This document shows positions 55,828-64,000 of a stretch of DNA of 64,000 bases, one piece after another; position 1 is the stretch's first letter, and every line of letters begins with the position of its first letter. The notes beneath the pieces were generated by a model. The model did no database searches. It saw only the letters and a list, made by a program, of their open reading frames with translations, and was not told the DNA's origin. The stretch is from Ignavibacteriaceae bacterium (GTDB lineage: Bacteria; Bacteroidota; Ignavibacteria; Ignavibacteriales; Ignavibacteriaceae): assembly GCA_034522695.1 (NCBI GenBank), contig JAXHLB010000038.1, positions 104,382 to 168,381 on the forward strand, in the 5' to 3' direction. The position numbers and the translations under genes were made by a program.

Positions 55828-57537
55828 CTATTTCCCCTTTTCTCTAGCCACTACCGGAATAAAATCAACAGGTCTTCCAAGTTTCGGCAAACCAAGAATT
55901 TCTCTTGCCCTATCAAGCGCATCATCAATATTTCCGTGAATGTTTTCTTCACCGAATAAATCAAATATTCCAGCTTGAGTCATTGCATACAAAGGCTGTG
56001 TATGAACTCCCGAAAGAACCATGTGCGTTTTATGTTTTTTTGCATCATAGAAAAAATCTTTTAGTGTCTGCAAACCTGTTGCGTCTATTGCAGGAACATT
56101 TCTCATTCGGATAATTCTTACTTTAGGCGGTTTTTCTATAACTGCCATTTCGTCTTTAAACTTTTTCGCAGCACCAAAGAAGAAAGGTCCGTTAATTTCA
56201 AATACTTCAACTCCCTCAGGGATTTGTTTCTTATCAATTGAATTTGGATCAAGCTGATCTTCTGAATCTTCAAGTTCACGGGTTATAACACTTACATTAG
56301 AAACTTCAGACATACGTTTCATAAATAATAAAACAGCGAGTACCATTCCAATTTCAATTGCGATAGTTAAATCAAAAATTACTGTCAGGAAGAAAGTTGT
56401 GAGCAAAACAGCAATATCGCTTTTGGGACTTTTTAGTAAAGATTTGAATGCACGCCACTCACTCATATTATAAGCAACGATAACGAGTATCGCCGCTAAT
56501 GTTGCCATCGGGATAAGCTTGGCATAACTTCCAAAGAAAAGCATGATCAATAAAAGAGTTATTGCGTGGATGATTCCGGCCACAGGAGTTCTTCCGCCAT
56601 TCTTGATATTAGTTGCAGTTCTTGCAATAGCACCCGTTGCAGGAATTCCACCGAATATTGGCGTGATGATGTTAGCTAAACCTTGTGCAACTAATTCCAT
56701 GTTGCTTCTGTGTTTGCCGCCAATCATACCATCTGCAACAACCGCAGAGAGAAGTGATTCAATGGCGGCAAGAATTGCAATTACAGTTGCCGGACCAATA
56801 AGATTTCGAATTACACTTAAATTAATTTCATATAAACTTGGTGAAGGAAGTTCTGAAGGAATTTCACCAAACCTGCTGCCAATTGTATCAACAGGAAGTT
56901 TGAATACAATCACAATAACCGTTGTAACAATAATCGCAATTAATGAGCCGGGAATTCTATGCGTAACCCTCGGCCAGAAAATCATTATCAACAATGCCAG
57001 CACAGCAATTCCAAGCACGTTAAAATTCACAGTGGAGAAAGACATAAAGTAAGTAATCCATTTTTCGTGAAACTCTGCAGGCACTTTTGCTAATTGCAAT
57101 CCAAAAAAATCTTTTATCTGTGTAGAAAAAATCAACAGAGCAATTCCGCTTGTAAATCCAACAACAACTGGATAAGGGATAAATTTTATCAGCGAACCAA
57201 ACTTAACCAGTCCCATTATAACTAAAATAATCCCAGCCATAATTGTAGCAATAGCAAGTCCGGTTGTTCCGTACTGCTGGACAATTCCGTAAACAATAAT
57301 TATAAAAGCGCCGGTAGGTCCGCCGATTTGAACACGGCTTCCGCCGAAAAAAGAAATTACAAAACCTGCAATGATCGCAGTGATAATTCCTTTTTCAGGA
57401 GTAACCCCGCTTGCAATACCAAATGCAATTGCGAGAGGAAGAGCAACTATACCAACAATTACTCCTGCTGTTAGATCTGCTGTGAATTGTTTTTTTGAGT
57501 AGTCTTTGAGAGTGGTGAACAGTTTCGGTTTTAACAT
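55828..57537 (-). CDS. SulP-family anion transporter with C-terminal STAS domain
   Basis: 569 aa. [24 protein letters not shown] and GGPTGAF motifs, with a STAS-like C-terminus ([16 protein letters not shown]). Confidence 0.85.
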   Translation of the reverse strand: MLKPKLFTTLKDYSKKQFTADLTAGVIVGIVALPLAIAFGIASGVTPEKGIITAIIAGFVISFFGGSRVQIGGPTGAFIIIVYGIVQQYGTTGLAIATIMAGIILVIMGLVKFGSLIKFIPYPVVVGFTSGIALLIFSTQIKDFFGLQLAKVPAEFHEKWITYFMSFSTVNFNVLGIAVLALLIMIFWPRVTHRIPGSLIAIIVTTVIVIVFKLPVDTIGSRFGEIPSELPSPSLYEINLSVIRNLIGPATVIAILAAIESLLSAVVADGMIGGKHRSNMELVAQGLANIITPIFGGIPATGAIARTATNIKNGGRTPVAGIIHAITLLLIMLFFGSYAKLIPMATLAAILVIVAYNMSEWRAFKSLLKSPKSDIAVLLTTFFLTVIFDLTIAIEIGMVLAVLLFMKRMSEVSNVSVITRELEDSEDQLDPNSIDKKQIPEGVEVFEINGPFFFGAAKKFKDEMAVIEKPPKVRIIRMRNVPAIDATGLQTLKDFFYDAKKHKTHMVLSGVHTQPLYAMTQAGIFDLFGEENIHGNIDDALDRAREILGLPKLGRPVDFIPVVAREKGK

Positions 57538-57669
57538 TTACGAGGAATATTCGTCCTTATATTTTTTACTAAAAGTTGCGCAAAGATAAGTTGAATTTAT
57601 ATCTTCATCAAAAAGATGTTTGTGATTGGTTTGATGATTTGAAAGATTAGCTTGTAGATAAGAGTAATG

Positions 57670-58113
57670 TCAAATCCACCGCCCGACTTTTTTCTTATAA
57701 GCCAGATACTCTTCACCAAATTGCTCCTGCATAGAATGTTCTTCCTTAGTTATAAATGCAATCTCCATTGCAATGATAAATAATATGAATCCAACAAATG
57801 AAATAATTGAACCAAGAATGAATCCAATGCCGATTAATAATATTGTCATTCCCAGATACATAGGATTACGTGAAATTCTAAATGGTCCTGTCTGAATAAA
57901 TACAGAGGGCTTTTCCAGTGGCTTTACAGTTGTTTTGTTTTTCTTGAATAGCTGGTCTGTCCAAATGTTTAATATTCCCCCAATCACAAAGAATAAAAAT
58001 CCCAGAAGATTAATTGGGTAATAAATAATTTGTTTTATTGGTAAAAGAAAGTGCAGAACCGCTGCAATTATCAGACAGGTAGCAAAATAAGTTGGTGGAA
58101 GTATCTTGTTCAA
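57670..58113 (-). CDS. ICMT/PEMT-family membrane methyltransferase
   Basis: GPFRISRNPMYLGMTILLIG motif, with four TM segments. Confidence 0.65.
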   Translation of the reverse strand: MNKILPPTYFATCLIIAAVLHFLLPIKQIIYYPINLLGFLFFVIGGILNIWTDQLFKKNKTTVKPLEKPSVFIQTGPFRISRNPMYLGMTILLIGIGFILGSIISFVGFILFIIAMEIAFITKEEHSMQEQFGEEYLAYKKKVGRWI

Positions 58114-58155
58114 ATTATTTCCCTCAGAAATTTAGGCTAATTCTAAATTACCCGA

Positions 58156-58833
58156 TTATTTTACGGCAGTAAAATCAACAACCCACTTGCCGGATTCTGA
58201 CTCACCATTAAACGGAACATCGATTTCAAAATCTTCTCCCTTACCAACTTTTTTTAGCGGAAGGGAAAAAATGAATGAATAATTTTCAATATAACCCTTT
58301 GCAATGTGCGATTCGAATTCAAGTGTATGAAATCCAAAGTTAGTATTGAATCTTATATATGCGGTTTCTACCAAAGGAACAATTCCTGATGTATCTATAG
58401 CAGTGGATTCGAGCTGCATCTCTAAGTATGGAGAAAATTCATTAGGCCCGGCAGTTACCTTATTATCCCACTTATCCTTTTCTGTTTCCCAGTCGGGACA
58501 GATATTAAACTCCATTAGTTTACCAACACCATGAACTTGACGTCCACCGATTTTATAGTTACTATCTTTTACTCCGAACATAGCGGCATAACCTTTTGCA
58601 TAAGAACCTACAAACTTAAAGTCAGAAAACTGTGCAGTAAATGAAAGACTTCTGAAGGTAGCCCCAGTATACGGATTGCAATCCCCGGTTGATTGAAAAT
58701 AAACATTAACGATGTACTCGGGTGAAGAAACGAATACAACTTTCTGCTGTGGAAAAGAAGCTGATGAAAAAAGAATTATAACAGATAACAGAGTTATTGC
58801 GTGCAACTTTGAAAAGAAATTATTATTTAACAT
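58156..58833 (-). CDS. Secreted hypothetical protein
   Basis: 225-aa ORF with a signal peptide. No family recognised. Confidence 0.5.
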   Translation of the reverse strand: MLNNNFFSKLHAITLLSVIILFSSASFPQQKVVFVSSPEYIVNVYFQSTGDCNPYTGATFRSLSFTAQFSDFKFVGSYAKGYAAMFGVKDSNYKIGGRQVHGVGKLMEFNICPDWETEKDKWDNKVTAGPNEFSPYLEMQLESTAIDTSGIVPLVETAYIRFNTNFGFHTLEFESHIAKGYIENYSFIFSLPLKKVGKGEDFEIDVPFNGESESGKWVVDFTAVK

Positions 58834-58979
58834 TTCGCCTCCCTGAATTGATAATTTAAGAAATAGTTATTTCCATTTTAGGTTAACATAATAGAAAAAT
58901 TTAAAAAGGTCAATTAACAATTAGCAAGGTTTAGGCATTTTTGCGTATGTTCTCTCAACCAAAAAAGGAAATTATTTTT

Positions 58980-59594
58980 ATGAAATCAATTCTAGCCTTC
59001 TTCCTTGCCACAATTCTTTTGACCGGTTGCAGCAGTTCAAACAAAATTTCAAATAGCTGGAAAAATCCTGAAGCGACTCAGGAATCAGCAAAGTTTCAGA
59101 CAGTTGCTGTGTTTGCTATGGTAAAAAATCCGGATATGCGAATGGATGTTGAAGAATCAATCGCGAGCCAAATGCCGAATACCATTGCCGTCCCTTCATA
59201 TAAAATGATAACGAATGAAGAGCTTGCCGATTTGAATGCTGTCAAGAAGAAACTTAATGAAAGAGGAATGGAAGGAGCGCTTGTTTTATCTGTAAGAAAT
59301 GTTGATCAAAAAACCAGCTACTATTCTTCCGGAATGTATCCTTCGACCTATTATAGTTTTGGCGGATATTATAACTATGCGTGGAATTATATGTATGATC
59401 CGTATGCTTATTCAAGTACTAATGTTTATGTCGATCTGGAAATTCTTATATATTCGTTGAAAGATGATAAGCTTGTTTGGTATGGAGAAAGTACCTCAGT
59501 AAATCCGGAAGGTATTCAGCAAACTATTTCAGAGTTGGCTGTATCAGTAAAGAATCAGTTAATTGAAGATGGATTGTTGAGTCAGGGACAATGA
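58980..59594 (+). CDS. Lipoprotein of unknown function
   Basis: MKSILAFFLATILLTGCSSS lipobox. The ATG at 58980 is preferred over the track start. Confidence 0.55.
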   Translation: MKSILAFFLATILLTGCSSSNKISNSWKNPEATQESAKFQTVAVFAMVKNPDMRMDVEESIASQMPNTIAVPSYKMITNEELADLNAVKKKLNERGMEGALVLSVRNVDQKTSYYSSGMYPSTYYSFGGYYNYAWNYMYDPYAYSSTNVYVDLEILIYSLKDDKLVWYGESTSVNPEGIQQTISELAVSVKNQLIEDGLLSQGQ

Positions 59595-60721
59595 CAAAAA
59601 TTTTATCAACGATCCTTCTGTTTTAGTCCTTCTTGCTCAGGATAATATTTGGAACAATCTGGATAAAGGGAATTATGAAGTTGGATTTAAAGTTCTCTCG
59701 CTTTATGATTCTACCAGAACAATGAATAAACAAAAAAACTACAGACCAATTCAGTTGAGTATTTGGTACCCAGCTATGGTTTCCCAAAATCCTGAACCTA
59801 TGATATATAAAGATTATTTTTTATTAAGCGCTGCCGAAATCGATTTTGAAGTTTCCGATGCATTAAAGGACAGCTCGATAGCAGAATATAAAAGCCTGCT
59901 TTTACAAAACGGTGTGAATGGTAATTCATTTGATAAATGGTTTAACACACAAGATGATTGCCGATAAAAATGCAGTTCCTGTCAAGAATAAATTTCCTTT
60001 GATTGTGGTCGCTCAGGGCAACTATCAATCTGCTCATCATCAATCTTTTTTGTGCGAATTCATTGCGAGTAATGGATATGTTGTCGTTACCACTCCATCT
60101 CAAACGAGGATATCAGGGCTAATGACAGACGATTCTCAAGCAGTTGAAAGCGCTGAAGATCAGGTAAATGATATGAAATTTGCAATCCGCTCATTATGGA
60201 ATTTTGATAATATAGATTTTAATAACATCGCATTGATAGGACACAGTTTTGGCGGAAGATCAATTCTGCTGCTGCAAATGCAAGATGAAAATGTTAAATG
60301 TTTGATAAGTCTTGATGGAGGCCTGGGACTTAATACAGCAATTGATGATATTAAAAAATCACCAGAATTTAATTCTGAAAAAATGAATGTTCCCCTGCTT
60401 CACATTTATGAAGATAGTGAAGAGTTTATCAAACCAGACTTTACCCTAATTAACAGCTTCAATCAATCAGAAATATTTTTAATTAAAATTAAAGATATGC
60501 ATCATTTTTATTTCACGAGTCTTGGATTTGTTTCAGGAACAATAGAAGGGTTTTCTCCATTATCTGAAGATCTTGCTGCTAAATACAAATTGATTTGTGA
60601 TTTAACAAGAGATTTTCTTAATGCGGTGTTTGAACAGAATACCAATGCGATGAACAATTTAAAGGAAGAATTCTCTTCAATAGCTGACACTACTAATTTT
60701 ATCACATATCAGTATAAGTAG
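59591..60721 (+). pseudogene. Alpha/beta hydrolase (PAF-acetylhydrolase/dienelactone hydrolase-like), two frameshifts
   Basis: The ATG at 59591 overlaps the previous stop (ATGA). Fragments read MTKILSTILLF / ...NKQKNYRPIQLSIWYP... / ...FPLIVVAQGN...GHSFGG (GxSxG). Confidence 0.7.
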
Positions 60722-60929
60722 CGCAGGGTTTTATGGGATACAATTTTTTGATAAAACTAACGAAGCTGCTCTCCTTCAAATCTTCCCCAGTTTATTTCGG
60801 AAGCAAAGTTTTGAAGAGCCATGTCTATAATCTTTTTTGTGTTTTGAATCTCGCCTATTTCAGTTAACAAGAATGCAAGGAACACACGTGTAAAAAATTA
60901 ATACTGCCCGGATCAGAGGATCGATGCAT

Positions 60930-61499
60930 TTATTCTTCCGGGAACGGAAAGTATCCTCTTCGCCCAAAGTAAAAAAGAAGATGACCAAACCCGGCAGCAA
61001 AGATTATCACAAGCACTAACAGAATGGATTTGTTGATTGAAGTATCAAAAAATAAAGAAACAATTCCGCCAAACATTCCAAACAGCCAGCCCATAACAGC
61101 AAATATTTTGGTTGATTTTTGAGAAGCCAGGAAAAGATCCAGAACTTTTTCTTCAGGGAAGGAAAGATCATTTATGAATCCCGCCTCATTTTTTGTGAGA
61201 ATATTGGAAACACCTTTCAGTATTGTTTTTTTGAATGCATTGAGAATTTTCAATTTCATCCAGCCAATCCAGATTGAATAACCAAGCATGAAAATTATTA
61301 TAAACACAAAATATAAAACGCCAGTTGCAAGCTCAGATAAATCTCCCGGGATGCTGCTGATAATAAATCCCAATAATATTGCTGCGAAGAACGAAGCAAC
61401 AAGCGTTATAATTTGTTTGCCTTTTGGGGGCATTGGGTATACATATCCCTTTTCAGTTTTCATTCCACCGGCAGGTATGTTTAGTTTATTGTTTTTCAT
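60930..61499 (-). CDS. Polytopic membrane protein, unknown function
   Basis: ORF with four TM segments. The internal start MKNNKLNIPAGG is preferred. Confidence 0.45.
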   Translation of the reverse strand: MKNNKLNIPAGGMKTEKGYVYPMPPKGKQIITLVASFFAAILLGFIISSIPGDLSELATGVLYFVFIIIFMLGYSIWIGWMKLKILNAFKKTILKGVSNILTKNEAGFINDLSFPEEKVLDLFLASQKSTKIFAVMGWLFGMFGGIVSLFFDTSINKSILLVLVIIFAAGFGHLLFYFGRRGYFPFPEE

Positions 61500-61666
61500 A
61501 ATTACTTTTTTAAGTGAAAAATAGTTACGCATCAATATGCAAGGCAAACACATTTAAAAAAATAATCGTCTCTCATCTTGTTATTGCTTTATAACTACGG
61601 GGGAAGATTATTTATTCTCTTGCGTAGTATTCGTAAATTTCAACCAGTAAATAAGGAGCACTTATT

Positions 61667-62323
61667 ATGAAACAGAAAATTCAGTGGAAAAATCATTTTA
61701 TAGAACTGCTTGTTGTTGTAATTGGAATTACAATCGCTTTTATGCTGGAGAACTGGAGGCAGGAAAATGCCAATAAGGAACTTGAACAGAAATATTTAAG
61801 TAGCTTAAAAAGTGATTTGACATCTGATAAAAAACTTTTGGGCTCTACCATCTCTTCTGTTGAAAAACAAAGCTCAATCCTTGGGGAATTTGTTGCAGAA
61901 ATAGGAATAGGAAATGTCAGTAAACAAAAAGCAGAAGAAATGATTCCTCAAGTTTTGATTAGCCATGGATTTGCACCAAAGCAGGCAACGTACCAATCCA
62001 TTACTAACAGTGGCAATTTGAATATTATTAATGACTATAAACTGATAGAATCTCTTGCTTCTTATTACAATTCCTATGATGAACTTTCTATAAAAGAAAA
62101 AGTGCTGTATGATTATCAGTTGAAATTTGTTTTACCGTTTGTTTATGAAAATGTAGATTTTTTGTCGGGCGAGATAGTGAATAAATCAGCAATTAATGGA
62201 TTCGAATTTAAAAACATAGTAACAGGTTATTACACACTGCTCCGTCAAAACCTTGAGGTCTATAAAAATTATGAGCAAGCAAACAAAGAACTTTTAGAAA
62301 TCATAAATAAATACCTGAATTAA
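61667..62323 (+). CDS. N-terminally anchored hypothetical protein (DUF6090-like)
   Basis: HFIELLVVVIGITIAFMLENWRQ anchor followed by a helical domain. Family assignment is from memory. Confidence 0.5.
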   Translation: MKQKIQWKNHFIELLVVVIGITIAFMLENWRQENANKELEQKYLSSLKSDLTSDKKLLGSTISSVEKQSSILGEFVAEIGIGNVSKQKAEEMIPQVLISHGFAPKQATYQSITNSGNLNIINDYKLIESLASYYNSYDELSIKEKVLYDYQLKFVLPFVYENVDFLSGEIVNKSAINGFEFKNIVTGYYTLLRQNLEVYKNYEQANKELLEIINKYLN

Positions 62324-62324
62324 A

Positions 62325-62360
62325 AAGCCGCAACAATTAAATTGCGGCTTTGGATTTTTT
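62325..62360. terminator. Bidirectional terminator
   Basis: AAGCCGCAA-caattaaa-TTGCGGCTT followed by TGGATTTTTT, between convergent genes. Confidence 0.7.
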
Positions 62361-62374
62361 AATTTTGAGTTTAC

Positions 62375-63094
62375 CTACTTTTTGTTTAGCACTTTCTTAA
62401 ATACTTCTTCTTTTGCAATTGGTTTTGTGCAGAAGAACCAATCGTGACAGGTTACATCTTTTTCTTTTCCGTCCATTCGATCTTTTGCTGTTCCGCAGGA
62501 ACCAGCGGGAGGAACAATTACATCATCACCAGGTCTCCAGTCAGCAGGAGTTGCAATACCAAATTCATCTGCTGTTTGAAGAGCGATTATAACTCTGTAA
62601 AGCTCATCAAAGTTTCTGCCGAGACTTAATGGATAATAAATTATGGTTCTGATTATTCCCTTCGGATCAATGAAGAAAACTGCTCGAACTGCTTTTGTTG
62701 AGCTTTCGCCCGGTTGAAGCATTCCATAAGTTTTTGCAACATTCATTGTGATATCTTCAATCAAAGGGAAATTTACTTCAACATTTTTCATTCCCTTGTA
62801 TTCAATTTTTTCTTTGATGGTTCTCAGCCAGGCAATGTGGCTGTATAAACCATCAACAGAAAGTCCAACAAGCTTACAGTTGGCTTCTTCAAATTGTTTT
62901 TCCATTGTAGCAAAAGTCATAAACTCAGAAGTGCAAACCGGAGTAAAATCTGCGGGATGACTAAAAAGAATTACCCATTTGCCAACATAATCTTCGGGAA
63001 AATTTATTTCACCTTGTGTTGTTACTGCTTTGAATGATGGTGCTTTATCGCCAATACGCGGCATTGATACTACATTTTGAATTGTTTGTTCCAT
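62375..63094 (-). CDS. 1-Cys peroxiredoxin (Prx6-type)
   Basis: WVILFSHPADFTPVCTSEF peroxidatic-Cys motif. No resolving Cys appears in the usual position. Confidence 0.85.
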   Translation of the reverse strand: MEQTIQNVVSMPRIGDKAPSFKAVTTQGEINFPEDYVGKWVILFSHPADFTPVCTSEFMTFATMEKQFEEANCKLVGLSVDGLYSHIAWLRTIKEKIEYKGMKNVEVNFPLIEDITMNVAKTYGMLQPGESSTKAVRAVFFIDPKGIIRTIIYYPLSLGRNFDELYRVIIALQTADEFGIATPADWRPGDDVIVPPAGSCGTAKDRMDGKEKDVTCHDWFFCTKPIAKEEVFKKVLNKK

Positions 63095-63292
63095 TGATAT
63101 GTCTCCACTGTTTTAAATAATAGTTATTTATTTGCAACAGTAAAATGGTAAGGATTTAAATTAGATTCTACACCATTTCAAAAACGCTTTTGCCACGGCA
63201 ACAATGTTGACAGCGAGCAACTCTTCCGAGGAAGAAAAGATTATTTAATCATCCCTAGACAGCTATCAACCATTTCACTAACGATACCTCAG

Positions 63293-64000
63293 TTATCTCT
63301 GCCCCGTTATTAGTTTGATAGTATTTTTCTTTAAATCATCATATGCCCCATTATCCTGGTTTGAGAATATGACAAACGTAATATCGGAATTTGGAAAATA
63401 TCGAAATTCAAAGTTTACACCCTTTGCTGTGCCGCCGTGTCCGTAGCTTAATTCGTTATGCAAACTTCTGTAAAATAAATCCATAGCCATAATCTTCGGT
63501 TACAACCATATTATTGTTTTTAACAGCGATCATATTTTTAAGAGTTTCTTTTGAAACAATTATATTATTTCTTAATGCATCAGAAAATTTTAACATATCA
63601 CTAACATTGGAATAAGCACCACCAGCAGAACTGCCTTTACCTTTTCCTCTTTCAACCTCAACCCATTTATCATCATTTTCTGTTCGGATCAAAGGAGAGA
63701 CTGTATTATTTGCCCCAGTTGTAAAATAACCGCTGTTATTCATTCCCACCTTATCAAGAATAATATTTTGGACAAAAGTAAAGTAATCCATCCTTGAAAC
63801 TTTTTCTACTATCGCACCCAGCAGAATATAATTTGAATTATTATACTCGTATTCTTTTCCAGCATCATTTATAAATCCAACCTCTAAAACCATTTTTAAG
63901 TGATCGTTAATAGTAAGAGCATTGTTGAAAGCTTCGCTTTTTTGTCCCCACCAATAATGTTCTACCCCCGATGTGTGAGTAAGTAAATGGTGTATTGTAA
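63293..64000 (-). pseudogene. Beta-lactamase-family serine hydrolase; frameshift near 63470-63490 and N-terminus beyond the window
   Basis: Fragments read LLTHTSG (edge of window), YNNSNYILLGAIVEKVSRMDYF and GHGGTAKGVNFEFRYFPNSDITFVIFSNQD. Confidence 0.65.

Overview
AT-rich chromosomal segment that looks like an FCB-group organism (Ignavibacteria/Bacteroidota-like). The basis is three T9SS-type C-terminal sorting domains, TTG-N20-TAnnTTTG promoter boxes, and many REP-like hairpin repeats. No rRNA, tRNA or CRISPR array was found.

Layout:
- 1-6.8 kb: minus-strand carotenoid operon. It holds a lycopene-cyclase domain protein, a CruF-like protein, a GT2 glycosyltransferase, an acyltransferase, a CrtD/CrtI-family desaturase, crtB, and a frameshifted crtI.
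- 7-11.2 kb: a secreted protein made of three 228-aa tandem repeats (DUF4397-like) with a T9SS tail, lying directly downstream of an ECF sigma factor. Divergent from these is a CarH/LitR-type B12 photoreceptor-regulator with the Wx9EH and ExHxxG motifs.
- 11-20 kb: housekeeping-type genes, including S9, M1 and M3 peptidases, slyD, a VOC protein and an FNR-like reductase.
- 20.4-21.5 kb: an MntA/HepT toxin-antitoxin cassette bracketed by a 90-bp duplication of a gene's 5' end.
- 21.7-28.4 kb: sucrose cluster (fructokinase, sucrose-phosphate synthase, sucrose synthase) interrupted by an IS110 remnant.
- 28.4-51.4 kb: a block in which nearly every gene is broken by frameshifts or stops. It starts with repeated copies of the sucrose synthase 3' end interleaved with RelE/ParE cassette remnants. 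It also contains a HEPN remnant, three copies of a 121-bp promoter/leader-like repeat heading unrelated small genes, hairpin arrays, and wrecked ettA, acs, corA, mscS, bactofilin, esterase and Kelch genes.
- 51.4-64 kb: mostly ordinary genes (adenylate cyclase, SulP, peroxiredoxin and others).

Isolated frameshifts occur throughout the window, several of them at homopolymers. Sequence quality must therefore be checked before any of these is called a true pseudogene.

The most novel-looking items are the 121-bp repeat cassette array, the gene-end duplications around TA cassettes, and the CarH / ECF sigma / DUF4397 arrangement.
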